From a virus, in IMG/VR virus record IMGVR_UViG_3300020183_000020, positions 1 to 64,000 of that record: a stretch of 64,000 bases of DNA; one strand, given 5' to 3'. A program made the position numbers and the translations under genes. Below the pieces are notes generated by a model that was not told the origin of the DNA, did no database searches, and saw only the letters and a list, made by a program, of their open reading frames with translations. Shown here piece after piece: positions 40,235 through 50,185 of this stretch; position 1 is the first letter of the stretch; every line of letters starts with the position of its first letter.

Positions 40235-41491
40235 TTACTTACGGATAGTCACATTGTGCAAGCCGAGAGAGTCTACCTTGCCAATAGACAACTCGACTGA
40301 CCCGTGAACGGATACCTCTGAAAAGTCCACCTGAACGAGTGTGAGGTGTATGGGAGCTGTAGCTGGCGTGATCTTGAATGAGCCGAGGAGTACATAATCC
40401 TTGGGGGTTGTGGTCTCCACCTTCGGGATCAAGGGCATATCTTCCACTAGGGTTTCCTTCTCAATCACAGCAGGGGTGGCAGGGAGATCATGCTCAATCT
40501 CAGCAGGGGTATCTTCCTCAGTCTTAGGGGCATCTTCCTCAGTCTTAGGGGCATCTTCCTCAACCGCAGGGGCATCCACATCAATCTCAGCAGGGGCATC
40601 CTGCTCAGTCTTAGGGAGATCATGCTCAGTCTCAGGGGTGTCCCCTTGGGTGTTTGAAACTCTACGAGATTCGAGAGCCGCGATAGAAGGGAGGTCGGAG
40701 GATTTAAGCCCAAAGATGGTATCGAGGGCAAAGTCCAAAGCCTTCTTCTTTAAGTGAACGCCGCTCGTGAATGTCCAAGACTCTGCGAGAGAGACAAGAT
40801 TCTCATAGGCAAGAGAAGTGGGGTCTTTGGATACTTTCTGAAAGAGAGCGAGCATGGTGTAGTATCCGCTTCTGCCCGCATTAGAAGCCCACTCCCTTTC
40901 GAGAAAGCTAGATACAGACACAGATGGGAGCGATCCATGGTCACGATTAGGATCGTGCTTTAGGATGACCTTCTTGACGAGAGAGAAGTAAATCTTATCC
41001 CATTTAGCGACAAGTGACCTCTTTGAGCCGAGAACATATGGCAGGGACTCGGAGAGTTTGATCCCGATGCCCCACTTATGGGGGAGAGGTAAATGCCACC
41101 CGTGCTGTTGGGTGATTTCGTCCCACATCTCTTCGAGGGACTTATCATCTTCTTCGTGATTTACTTGAGAGATGGGAAGAGAGAGCATCTTACGGATGTC
41201 TTTTTCCGCCACAGCCACCTTGTGTACACACTCAATCCACAGGGTGTCTGATGTGGTGGCGTAATGGATAGCGGCATCGCGTAGGCGGTGGCTGATGTTA
41301 GACTTGAGAATAAGGATAAGATCGGTCTTGACCGATGGCAGTCCCCCCTTGTTGGGGTTAGTGTCCCAACAATGGTGTCCGACGAGGTTCATTTGAACCT
41401 CATCGCCTGCGAGTCGGGCATTCAGTTTGTTGATGAACGCTTCAGCGAACTTCAACTCTGAGCCGAATATGAATGTATTGAGTTCAAGCAC
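40235..41491 (-). CDS. Early protein with DUF2325-like N-terminus and PKTEED repeats
   Basis: DLILILKSNISH; AAGGAG RBS before GTG 41491. Confidence 0.72.
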   Translation of the reverse strand: MLELNTFIFGSELKFAEAFINKLNARLAGDEVQMNLVGHHCWDTNPNKGGLPSVKTDLILILKSNISHRLRDAAIHYATTSDTLWIECVHKVAVAEKDIRKMLSLPISQVNHEEDDKSLEEMWDEITQQHGWHLPLPHKWGIGIKLSESLPYVLGSKRSLVAKWDKIYFSLVKKVILKHDPNRDHGSLPSVSVSSFLEREWASNAGRSGYYTMLALFQKVSKDPTSLAYENLVSLAESWTFTSGVHLKKKALDFALDTIFGLKSSDLPSIAALESRRVSNTQGDTPETEHDLPKTEQDAPAEIDVDAPAVEEDAPKTEEDAPKTEEDTPAEIEHDLPATPAVIEKETLVEDMPLIPKVETTTPKDYVLLGSFKITPATAPIHLTLVQVDFSEVSVHGSVELSIGKVDSLGLHNVTIRK

Positions 41492-41528
41492 GGATGATAA
41501 CTCCTTGTTTAAGTGTGTCCGTCTCACC

Positions 41529-41558
41529 ATTTATATGGAGTGGCGGCGGTTGGGATAC
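41529..41558 (-). promoter_or_regulatory. Class E promoter
   Basis: GTATCCCA-N15-TATAAAT. Confidence 0.7.
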
Positions 41559-41610
41559 TCTTTTTAAACCTTAAATAAGTGGGGGGGTTTTACGATAGGA
41601 GGGACGCTCT

Positions 41611-41814
41611 ATGTATGTCCTAGAGAACACACTTACAGGCAGACTTCTTTACCCTGCGTTAATCGGAAGGGTAAAGAAGGCATATCTGTTCAAATCCGAA
41701 GCGGAGCAGGTCGCTAAGAGCCTAGCCCCCATCGTCCATCCAAAACGGATAGATGTGGTCGAGTTATCCAAGTCTGCCCAACTATGGATGGAGAACCAAA
41801 AGAGAAATGGATAA
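41611..41814 (+). CDS. Hypothetical protein
   Basis: GGAGG RBS. Confidence 0.65.
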   Translation: MYVLENTLTGRLLYPALIGRVKKAYLFKSEAEQVAKSLAPIVHPKRIDVVELSKSAQLWMENQKRNG

Positions 41815-42118
41815 CATGACGAAGGCGGATCGGATAGTATCCGAAATCCAAGCTGGAAGAAAGATGGGTTTGGATTTATTCTTGCCGATAGATACTTATC
41901 AAGGTAGGGGGGATGAAACTTCTGTGTATGAGTTATGGGTAGCCAATCCCTGTAAAGAAGTAATCATCATAACAGCAGGGTTCGTTGAACCATATTATGG
42001 GATAAGGCTATCCGAAGAATTGATGTGGAACAAAACAGAAAAGTGTTATGGGACGAATGACTTTTTTAAGGTTCTTGAAGGTGTGTCAGAGCTATTAGAT
42101 TTATTTAGGTCTAGGTAA
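41807..42118 (+). CDS. Hypothetical protein
   Basis: Start MDNM within the 41753 ORF. Confidence 0.65.
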   Translation: MDNMTKADRIVSEIQAGRKMGLDLFLPIDTYQGRGDETSVYELWVANPCKEVIIITAGFVEPYYGIRLSEELMWNKTEKCYGTNDFFKVLEGVSELLDLFRSR

Positions 42119-42122
42119 GGTT

Positions 42123-44858
42123 CTATTTCTTAGCTAGGGAAGCAACCCTGAGAGCGGAGGCTTTAAGAGAAGCGATTCTAGCGGGGTTCCAATTGAAAGG
42201 AGCCTGTTCAAACTTGCCCTTTTCATCGAACTCAGAATATTGGATAACCTCTAGTTTACAGATGGGTTCTTCATCGGATTCAAAGCGTTTCTCATAACCC
42301 AAGAAGTCCACATCATTAGGGATAAGGTAAACCACCATTTTCTTTTGCTGTGGGTCGAACATGATTTGAGATGTGGAGTATAGACCATTAGGGACTTTCC
42401 TAACAGGGATAAAGGGGTCGTCCATTTTATCCCAGCGGTATCCGTAAAGTGCAGGGGCTGCATCTTTAATATCGGTCACATTGGATAGTATTTCTGTGGC
42501 GAGTTCTCTTCTTCTTAGGGAGGATTGGCGATCATCTCCGCTTTGATAACCTGCATCAGGATGGTTGATGCCGTGATTTGTGCGTACATGGAGTTTGTGT
42601 CTTTGTAGAGTTTTAACAACAGGTTGGTGGATGGAAGTTTGTTCTATGATTTTTGCCCGCGTCCCATCTGATATGATGGTATGTCCATGTACGGGTACAT
42701 GGAACGAGTTACCTGCGATGCACTTTAGGGCTTCTTCAATCGTTTTGCACTTGAGTGCATTTAGCAGGTAGAAGCCATCTTGAGAAATCATGGGTTCTTT
42801 CTTTTGATTACGGCTTGAACCTTCTTCTTCATCTTCGCGTACATTGAGAGCGGAGTTGACAATGGATATTCCATAGCTGTTTACGCCTTCTAGCCAACCT
42901 GTCACATTGTCGATGTAATAAAGAACCTCAACTCCGTCATACAGGTCGTGATAGATTTTGATTTCGGGGTTGTAGTTTCTATCCCTTATTTTCAGTAGGT
43001 AACGCTTGTCGTCTAGATCGAGGCAGGATATGACACAGGCGGATTTATTCATGGACGATTTCCTTTTGGATAGTTTCATTACTCTAGCTCCTGTTGAGTC
43101 GGATAGCCCTAAAGTTCTGCCCATTCTCCACCTCGCAGTTTGAGACAGCTTGCTTGGGTCTAAGACAAACTGCACAAATGTTTCGGCAAAATCTTCTTTC
43201 TCATTTGTCTTCCCGTAATCCGTGGGTATCCCCAAAGCCTGTTTCATTTCTTCGATAGTTCTCAGGTGTAGTTCTCTATCGGCTAGGGCGAACTCTTTTG
43301 TTTTATCCGATTCGAGTTGTAGTCCAACATCTTCCCACAATCCACTAAGCATAAAGATTCTGTTAATGTTTTCTGTAGCTCTTTCTAGAGCATCTTGTTC
43401 ATTCCAATCTTCACGGGAGTGTCCTCTAACTTCGTAGAAGTAGTGGAGAGGGTCTTTAAAGAACTCCATGACCACCTTGCCCTCGGCGGTGAGTCTAAAG
43501 TTAGAGGGTGTCATGAGTGGTTTACGCCCTGACAACTGAGTAAACAGTCCGTGTATTTTCAGAATATCTAAGGGCGAAGCATTGCTCTTGACGATTTTGG
43601 GGTCGCCCTTGGCTTCTTGAAACATAGTGAAGTATCGAGACCTGTCCTCAGGAGTGATTGTGAACTTTTTGAGGTTCTTTTCAAAGAAGTCTTCTTTCTC
43701 TCTGTTGATATATTCCCAACCGCTATCCCAAAACTCTCTTGCCTCTCTTGTGATGTAGTTTAGATGCACCCAATGTCCTATTTCATGGAGCAGTACTTCA
43801 TGGACAAAGTTAGCTAAGACTCGACCTTTTACGCCGAAGCTGTTTGTAAACATCTTTAAGGTTCGAGTAGTAGATATCCATTCACCTGCCGTACTTGAGC
43901 CCTGCTCTTGGCGGAGCAATTGGATAGAAGTAATCGAATCACGCATGATGGGGGTCATGTCGCGTTCTTTGAAGATTGCTTCTATGAAGTCGATCCCATC
44001 AAGGAAACTACGGACTTCATTATCCGAAAGGTCAAAGCTCTCAACATTGAAGCCTTTGTATTTGAATTTCTGATAGTCGATTTTCACGCTGTGTCTCTCT
44101 ATGTCTAGAGAAGCCAGCTTCATTTTGTCAATGGCGGTGTTGAGGCGTGCGATGTTAGGTAAACTTACTGCATCGGGCAGTTCAAGGATTTGTGAAATAA
44201 GTTGGCGATACTTCCCAACGGCTCTATTTAGCCCAAGATACTCTATTCTAGCTTCCGTACCTACGATGTTTTGTAGTACAGAGTCTCTTAGCCGACTAGT
44301 GAATTCCATGTATAGCTCTTGGAGAGCTTGTGCATTCCTAGTTGTCCGCAGGATTTTCCAAACATCGGTTTTAAAGTTTTCGATGATGATGTGAGGGAGT
44401 TCTATGGTTGCAGAAGACTTCTTAGATGGGGTGTGTTTAATCTTCCATGCTTTCCATTTAGCGTGTTGGGGGCTAGACTTCAAAGACGGATCGTGACCCC
44501 AATTTCTGAGACTTATTTCCCACTTGGACATTCCGCTTTCGCCCACAGGATCACCAGGCTTGCCACCGAGCATCCTAGAGTTAAATCCATTTTCTTGGGC
44601 TGCATTATCGAAGTCATCATTTGTCCAATCCTTAAAGGGTTTCTCTTTCCGTCTTTTGATTCGATGAAAAGAGTCATAACCTGATTGGATATCTCCTGAT
44701 TCTTTGGCCTCTTCTCTATTTATGGAAGCCAATAATCTATTGTCGTTTTCAGCCCAATCATCGAGGGCTTTTTGACTCATGTTAATAAGATCGTGCCACT
44801 TGTTGTATACTTCTTTTTTCTCTTCTTCAGACCTAGTTTTTGCGTATTTCATCATCAA
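42123..44858 (-). CDS. Multidomain protein: DUF3140-like, zincin, Ntn-hydrolase
   Basis: INMS..SLRNWGHDP; LLHEIGH..YGKTNEKEDFAE; CV..KIRDR..EGVNSYGISIVN..RTNH. Confidence 0.8.
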   Translation of the reverse strand: MMMKYAKTRSEEEKKEVYNKWHDLINMSQKALDDWAENDNRLLASINREEAKESGDIQSGYDSFHRIKRRKEKPFKDWTNDDFDNAAQENGFNSRMLGGKPGDPVGESGMSKWEISLRNWGHDPSLKSSPQHAKWKAWKIKHTPSKKSSATIELPHIIIENFKTDVWKILRTTRNAQALQELYMEFTSRLRDSVLQNIVGTEARIEYLGLNRAVGKYRQLISQILELPDAVSLPNIARLNTAIDKMKLASLDIERHSVKIDYQKFKYKGFNVESFDLSDNEVRSFLDGIDFIEAIFKERDMTPIMRDSITSIQLLRQEQGSSTAGEWISTTRTLKMFTNSFGVKGRVLANFVHEVLLHEIGHWVHLNYITREAREFWDSGWEYINREKEDFFEKNLKKFTITPEDRSRYFTMFQEAKGDPKIVKSNASPLDILKIHGLFTQLSGRKPLMTPSNFRLTAEGKVVMEFFKDPLHYFYEVRGHSREDWNEQDALERATENINRIFMLSGLWEDVGLQLESDKTKEFALADRELHLRTIEEMKQALGIPTDYGKTNEKEDFAETFVQFVLDPSKLSQTARWRMGRTLGLSDSTGARVMKLSKRKSSMNKSACVISCLDLDDKRYLLKIRDRNYNPEIKIYHDLYDGVEVLYYIDNVTGWLEGVNSYGISIVNSALNVREDEEEGSSRNQKKEPMISQDGFYLLNALKCKTIEEALKCIAGNSFHVPVHGHTIISDGTRAKIIEQTSIHQPVVKTLQRHKLHVRTNHGINHPDAGYQSGDDRQSSLRRRELATEILSNVTDIKDAAPALYGYRWDKMDDPFIPVRKVPNGLYSTSQIMFDPQQKKMVVYLIPNDVDFLGYEKRFESDEEPICKLEVIQYSEFDEKGKFEQAPFNWNPARIASLKASALRVASLAKK

Positions 44859-44906
44859 CCTACCTAGCGTATATTAGATACTAGGTAGGTTGATATAAAT
44901 AGATTA
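44854..44906 (-). promoter_or_regulatory. Class L motif plus 14-bp perfect hairpin over RBS and start
   Basis: ATCAACCTACCTAG...CTAGGTAGGTTGAT. Confidence 0.75.
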
Positions 44907-44908
44907 CT

Positions 44909-45280
44909 TCATCTCCAAGATGTATTGGTGCTGAACCTTGTAAAGCGTGGGATAACTAAGTCAACACCTGTGGTGATGGGGGCATCAGGATCGACCCCCA
45001 CACCAATTTTGAGTGGATTATTTCCGTCACCAATCACTTTGGATATTTTCGCACCAAAAGATAATGTCGGGGGAGTGATCGTGTCATCGGCGGATTTCAC
45101 CCCCTTGTTCAAAATGGATAACACCACAAATCCAGCGGGGACAGAACCTCCACCCATATCAACGGATTTTCCGAGAGTCGCGGGTAGGAAGAGTTGGTCG
45201 CCTGTAGAGCCTTCAAAACGCACTCTAGCTTCAATAGCCGTGGTGTAGACCTTGATGAAAGGCGGGATGATATCCGACAT
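44909..45280 (-). CDS. Putative tail-fibre-associated protein
   Basis: AGGAG RBS; operon context. Confidence 0.65.
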   Translation of the reverse strand: MSDIIPPFIKVYTTAIEARVRFEGSTGDQLFLPATLGKSVDMGGGSVPAGFVVLSILNKGVKSADDTITPPTLSFGAKISKVIGDGNNPLKIGVGVDPDAPITTGVDLVIPRFTRFSTNTSWR

Positions 45281-45292
45281 CGTGGTCTCCTT

Positions 45293-47353
45293 TTAGATTT
45301 GGAACGAGGCGGAAATGTTAATGAAGCCCGCACCTGAGATAGTAACGGGGATGAGGGTATCACCTGCGGCAGAAGTTGTGGTGGTGAGTGTAGTTGTTCC
45401 GTTGGATGTGAACACAGCATGGGTAGCTGTAATCTCTAGACGGACGCTCTTGGCAACTCTATCCCCATCTGAGTCATAAGTATTGACCACAAGGTTTTTC
45501 GACAAGTTAGCCCCTGTGAACACAAAGTCTCCTGAGTCTTGCCACACGCAGGAAACTAGATTGGGTAAAGAGGAAGAAATGACATGGGTATTCACTTCAA
45601 AGGTTTTGAAAGACCCTGAGGCGAAGTTACCATCCGCAGACTGAGCAGGGATATCGGTACTGCTAACGGATACTGCCCAATATCTACCTTGATCATCAAA
45701 AGTCATACCTGTGAAGTATCCCGCTTCGTATGCAGTCTTTGTCCATCCACCTGCTGTCCAATCATAAATGGATGCTTCGTTCTCAAAGAGACACATAAGA
45801 CGGGTGTTGTTTATGTTCTGAGGAGCCCAACCCAAAACAGGGAAGGTATCTGAACTATGATAGGTCAAGGAGCTAAAGTCGGAGGAGTCGATGGCAAAAG
45901 TGGTGATCTTCTTCCATGTGGCGGTTGTGTTAAGTGCCAACATGGCAGGGGAAGTGTGTGAATAAAAGACACTTAGATAATAATCCGCTCCGCTTTTGGT
46001 CAAAACGCAGTTTAAACGCATCTGTTGATTTGTGGTGTCGTTGTATTGCTTATAGGTCACATAGTCAGAAATCGTATCAATCCCTGCCATTGTCACAGAG
46101 CAAATTTCCATTGTCAGCGTATCGTTGGCTTTGTTCCAAACCAAGAGCAAGAAACTAAGGGTTGGAGTATCTGCCTTTGGTCCAAAGCAAGGCACATAGG
46201 CATAATAGATATCCGTTTCACCACCTATGGGAGAAGCCTCGAAATGAGTAGGTGTGTATGTATTTAATTGGGCATCAGCGATGTTTGTAGTTAACGCCAC
46301 ATTTCCAACGAAACCTTGATTGCCCCTGCGGTCAGCTAAAAGAGTTAAGATATTTGTGCCAGCGTTATACTTGTAGAACAAGTATTGTCCCAAGTTGGTC
46401 TTGGTGTAGTTGGATGCGTTATATACGGTGGTGTGACCAAATCCATTTCCATCTAAGTTGATTTGTCCATTATTCTCGATGGACATTAAGAAACAATATT
46501 CCCCTGCATTGTTTGTCCCTGCATAGAAAATCGGATTGGAGTCCATGTACCAAGCCGATCCTCCGTAAGAAAGAGAGAGTTTTGTAGGTGTACCTATGGT
46601 GATAGACCCATTGTCTCCGCTAGTGGTGTAGGTAGCCTTCCACAGACTAGTCTTTCTGAAGTTTTGGAGCGTTCTTTGAGAAGAGCCGTATGTGGCGTAA
46701 TCCCTGTTGGCAAAATAGGTCTGTCTACCCGCACCTCTTAATAAAAGAGTCTTGTTTGTCGTATCCACGGCAAGGACTGCAAACTGAGAAATCCAACTTG
46801 GACTTGAGGCGTTGTATGCAGCTAGCGTAGCTCCTGATTCGGATTGAAAGTTGTACGCTCCCACATCTTCAAAGTCTGTATCGGATACTTCATGTATTGT
46901 TCCGTCATACATGAACAGCCCATTGACGGTTTCTCCTGCATTGAAGTTCATTACATTGATGTTGGCTCCCGTATTATCCGTAAATGAAATGAGTGACCCA
47001 ATATCTATCCTATCCGACTTATCCATTACATGAAGTTGGCTAGCATTTATCCATTCCGACAAATTCTCGCCGTATGTAACTTCAGAGTCGGTGCCATTGG
47101 TGAAGGGGGAAAACACACTAGACTTGTTAGAGACTAGTGTTGCCCTTACAGGGTAAACCGTGCGTGTCCCCCCTATTGGATAAAAGGCTTCATTAGGTTT
47201 ATCAAAGACGGGAGATAGCGTGGTGTAGTCATATGCCTGATCTCCTATCCAAATGTAGTCTTGATCAGGGGAGATAACCAAACCACAAGTGGTTTTGGAG
47301 ATGTGGAAGTTAGTTCCATCATATAGACCGAATAGACTTTTGATCTTGGGCAT
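45293..47353 (-). CDS. Large beta-rich virion/receptor-binding protein
   Basis: Thr/Asn/Tyr-rich; Ig-like C-terminus; start MPKIK. Confidence 0.65.
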   Translation of the reverse strand: MPKIKSLFGLYDGTNFHISKTTCGLVISPDQDYIWIGDQAYDYTTLSPVFDKPNEAFYPIGGTRTVYPVRATLVSNKSSVFSPFTNGTDSEVTYGENLSEWINASQLHVMDKSDRIDIGSLISFTDNTGANINVMNFNAGETVNGLFMYDGTIHEVSDTDFEDVGAYNFQSESGATLAAYNASSPSWISQFAVLAVDTTNKTLLLRGAGRQTYFANRDYATYGSSQRTLQNFRKTSLWKATYTTSGDNGSITIGTPTKLSLSYGGSAWYMDSNPIFYAGTNNAGEYCFLMSIENNGQINLDGNGFGHTTVYNASNYTKTNLGQYLFYKYNAGTNILTLLADRRGNQGFVGNVALTTNIADAQLNTYTPTHFEASPIGGETDIYYAYVPCFGPKADTPTLSFLLLVWNKANDTLTMEICSVTMAGIDTISDYVTYKQYNDTTNQQMRLNCVLTKSGADYYLSVFYSHTSPAMLALNTTATWKKITTFAIDSSDFSSLTYHSSDTFPVLGWAPQNINNTRLMCLFENEASIYDWTAGGWTKTAYEAGYFTGMTFDDQGRYWAVSVSSTDIPAQSADGNFASGSFKTFEVNTHVISSSLPNLVSCVWQDSGDFVFTGANLSKNLVVNTYDSDGDRVAKSVRLEITATHAVFTSNGTTTLTTTTSAAGDTLIPVTISGAGFINISASFQI

Positions 47354-47357
47354 TTCT

Positions 47358-47567
47358 TTACTCCTCCCCACCTATGGGTTGGGCTTCTGTGGTTGTTTGG
47401 AAATAGGATAACGCCTCTTCTTCGGAAAGAAAGGGAGCGTTATTGGGACTCGTAGGATTCCCTTTGGTCTGATACAACACCTGTCCGTCTTTGGATACCT
47501 TCAAGTCCCCCTCTTCCAAAGCCAAGGTGAAGTTGCCCTTGCCAATTACACTTACGATCATGCTCAT
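47358..47567 (-). CDS. Small tail-associated protein
   Basis: YQ..NP..PF..EEAL motif; AGGAG RBS. Confidence 0.65.
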   Translation of the reverse strand: MSMIVSVIGKGNFTLALEEGDLKVSKDGQVLYQTKGNPTSPNNAPFLSEEEALSYFQTTTEAQPIGGEE

Positions 47568-47581
47568 CTCTAACTCCTAGT

Positions 47582-47932
47582 TCAGTTGTGGTAGTTCATA
47601 GAGAAGATCAAATCTGCACCCCCATAGTTGGCACAGACTGCACTCACTATCAGACTCATTGTATCTCCAGCTTCCAACAAGGCTTCCGTACTCGCCGTGA
47701 CCACATACTCTCCCGCCTCAAAAGACACCTGATAAATCACATCAGTAGGGTCAAAATTACGGATAAGTTTTATGGTCGTAAACCCTGCCCCCTCAGGGGC
47801 TTGATCCAACGATACTCTGTATCCCTTGAGGTACATATCTCTCAAGGGCTTGTATGGCGTAGATGAAGCTAAGGGGATTATTTCCCCCACTATGTAGGCA
47901 TGGACTTCTAGCTTAGTTGTCAGCCGACTCAT
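47582..47932 (-). CDS. Putative tail-fibre-associated beta-sandwich protein
   Basis: TAATG coupling. Confidence 0.65.
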   Translation of the reverse strand: MSRLTTKLEVHAYIVGEIIPLASSTPYKPLRDMYLKGYRVSLDQAPEGAGFTTIKLIRNFDPTDVIYQVSFEAGEYVVTASTEALLEAGDTMSLIVSAVCANYGGADLIFSMNYHN

Positions 47933-48633
47933 TACACAACCTCCCATGTGTTATCCGTAGTGTTCGCCACTAGTGTGATGGAGTCATATTGCACATCTAA
48001 GGTGAAACTCGTGGCTCCATTGATCAAATCCCCACCCGATCTTTGAACCACTAAGTTATTCCCTGCCGCTCGACCCCTTAGATAAAATCGGATAGTATCG
48101 CCATCATCGACACCTGACAATAAAGGCAAGGTAGCCGTGATTGTCCCTGCCGCACTATTGACAGAGTAGTGATATCCCACAGCCGCATTAAAACTCACAG
48201 CTTGTCTTGAGAACTCTAACCCACCTGCTGTCGATAATACGCTGTCGATTGCGGATAAATGTGTACTGATACTATCCGTATTTAGTGCCACATAGTTGGT
48301 CGGACTCACATTAGCCGTTATGTCGTCCGATGTGATGACCGAGTTTATCCAATTTGTCCCATCGAATGAGAGCAAGTCCCCTTCATTTATTCCGCCCCCA
48401 ATCACCACATCGGAAAGTGTGTTTATGCTCCCCAAGCTCGTGAGATTGACTCCACTTAGTGCGGGTAAAGTCTCCGCTACGGATAGTTGCAGTACTTCTC
48501 CCGCTCCCACCCCCGCATCAAGGGAGGCACTTGTTCCTGCATCCGTAATGTCGGCAAGACTAAGGGAAACACCCTCTAAGTATCCATTTGAAAACTTGAG
48601 GTGGTTCCCCCCATTTAGTTTTAGAACCCACAT
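47932..48633 (-). CDS. Tail-fibre-like protein
   Basis: LSDV..GDLLSFDGTNWIN; ITATLP..GDTIRF..INGATS; class L motif at 48677. Confidence 0.7.
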   Translation of the reverse strand: MWVLKLNGGNHLKFSNGYLEGVSLSLADITDAGTSASLDAGVGAGEVLQLSVAETLPALSGVNLTSLGSINTLSDVVIGGGINEGDLLSFDGTNWINSVITSDDITANVSPTNYVALNTDSISTHLSAIDSVLSTAGGLEFSRQAVSFNAAVGYHYSVNSAAGTITATLPLLSGVDDGDTIRFYLRGRAAGNNLVVQRSGGDLINGATSFTLDVQYDSITLVANTTDNTWEVV

Positions 48634-48691
48634 TGTGCTTCCCCCTTAGTGTTTGTAAGCAAACACTAAGGGAAACATAAAAGGTTTAGGG

Positions 48692-48898
48692 CTAGTCTTC
48701 CGTGGGCAAGTCGCCCACAAAGAAGTACCCCGTCCCACCACCCTTATTCAGCCACTCGTCAAGGAGGGCGTGGAGCATACCCCGCGTCTTGTCATCAGGG
48801 TTGACCGCCACGAACCCAAAATCCGAATGGACACCCTCGCCGTCCTCGCGGGTGTACTGAATCTCGCCGTGAACAATGGGGACTTCGATGTTCTTCAT
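48692..48898 (-). CDS. Hypothetical early protein
   Basis: Class E promoter upstream. Confidence 0.75.
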   Translation of the reverse strand: MKNIEVPIVHGEIQYTREDGEGVHSDFGFVAVNPDDKTRGMLHALLDEWLNKGGGTGYFFVGDLPTED

Positions 48899-48935
48899 AA
48901 TGTAATCTCTCTTTCTGTTTCAGGGGTCTCGCCTA

Positions 48936-48965
48936 ACTAATAATGGAGAACCCCCTTTGGGATAC
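48936..48965 (-). promoter_or_regulatory. Class E promoter
   Basis: GTATCCCA-N15-TATTAGT. Confidence 0.8.
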
Positions 48966-48966
48966 T

Positions 48967-49551
48967 CTAAAGATTCTTTACGATTCTAAATCCAACCATC
49001 GTAGATGGAACATGAGCATAGTGTGTCCGTCTATTGCAGGGTAAACGACACATCATGCTCGGATCGCTCCAACCCCCTCCCAAGATATACTTCTTTCCAT
49101 ATTCATCTCCATCCCACATCCACTCAGATACATTTCCGCACATATCATATAAACCCAAGGCGTTCGGCTTTTTGAAGCCGACTTCATGTGTTGTACCCCC
49201 CGAGTTATCCCAATACCATGCCAAGTTGCCCAAATCATTCCCGCCTGAAAAAGCGTACCTCTTGTTATTAAACCTAGCGGCATGAAGCCACTCCGCCCTT
49301 GTGGGGAGGCGATACCCTTTAGATTTGGAACAGCGTGTAATCCGACCCGTCTTATGAAAATTGTAATAAGGCGTTAGCCCTTCTTTAACGCTTTTGGCAT
49401 TACAGAACTCAAGAGCCTCTTTCCAAGTGACACTCTCTACAGGGAGATCATCTCCCCTGAACACGCTGTTATTGGACATGAACTCGCTGTACTCCTTCTG
49501 TGTCACCAAACAAGGCGACATGGAGATACGCTTCTTTGGCAGGTCAATCAT
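48967..49551 (-). CDS. FGE-sulfatase (SUMF1/CLec) domain protein
   Basis: PVESVTW..YRLPT.AEW..PNALGLYDMCGNVSEW..GFR. Confidence 0.9.
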   Translation of the reverse strand: MIDLPKKRISMSPCLVTQKEYSEFMSNNSVFRGDDLPVESVTWKEALEFCNAKSVKEGLTPYYNFHKTGRITRCSKSKGYRLPTRAEWLHAARFNNKRYAFSGGNDLGNLAWYWDNSGGTTHEVGFKKPNALGLYDMCGNVSEWMWDGDEYGKKYILGGGWSDPSMMCRLPCNRRTHYAHVPSTMVGFRIVKNL

Positions 49552-49596
49552 TGAAAAACCTCGTTTCTCTAGATGGTGGGGGGGGGTTGCCCACTT

Positions 49597-50115
49597 CTAT
49601 CCTTTATAGAAGTGATGGGCTACATACTGCATGAGAATCCCGCTAGCGGTACCCACATTGACCGACCTAACGCTTCCATATTGTTGAATGTACACACAAG
49701 CGTCACAAATGGATAAAACATCTTGAGAGATGCCCATCATTTCCTCTCCAAAGATAAATATATCATTTGGCTCAGGCTTGAAGTCCATGAGATTTATGGC
49801 TGTAGAAATCCCGTTCTCTACTGCCACTAGCCTGTGTTTATCCTTAAGGGCTTTGATCTCTTCGATCCCATCCAAATGGATAAGCTGTGTGTAGTTGTGA
49901 GTACCCACAGCTCCTCTTCTGTCCCATTTACGCTTTCCGTAGTAGTAAACGCACTCCACTCCAAACGCATTACCATTACGGATAAAGGTGGAGATATTAA
50001 AATCTCCCTGTATGTGTTGCATCATCACCCGATAAGGGAACGCCTTTCGCTCCAAGTCCTCCCTGATTTTAATCAGTTCCCAATCTTTGTATGCGTCTAT
50101 AACATTTTTATCCAT
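49597..50115 (-). CDS. SpoU/TrmH-family RNA methyltransferase
   Basis: NISTFIR..FGEE..GIS..SVNVGTASGI. Confidence 0.88.
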   Translation of the reverse strand: MDKNVIDAYKDWELIKIREDLERKAFPYRVMMQHIQGDFNISTFIRNGNAFGVECVYYYGKRKWDRRGAVGTHNYTQLIHLDGIEEIKALKDKHRLVAVENGISTAINLMDFKPEPNDIFIFGEEMMGISQDVLSICDACVYIQQYGSVRSVNVGTASGILMQYVAHHFYKG

Positions 50116-50185
50116 TTGCGGTGCCTTTTTTTACTCTATTTATGGGGCGTACCTACTTGAACCTACTATAGAAAGGTAGAGAACG

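Noticed and set aside
48967-49551. DGR target (FGE/CLec fold)
   Set aside because: No template repeat or reverse transcriptase in this window
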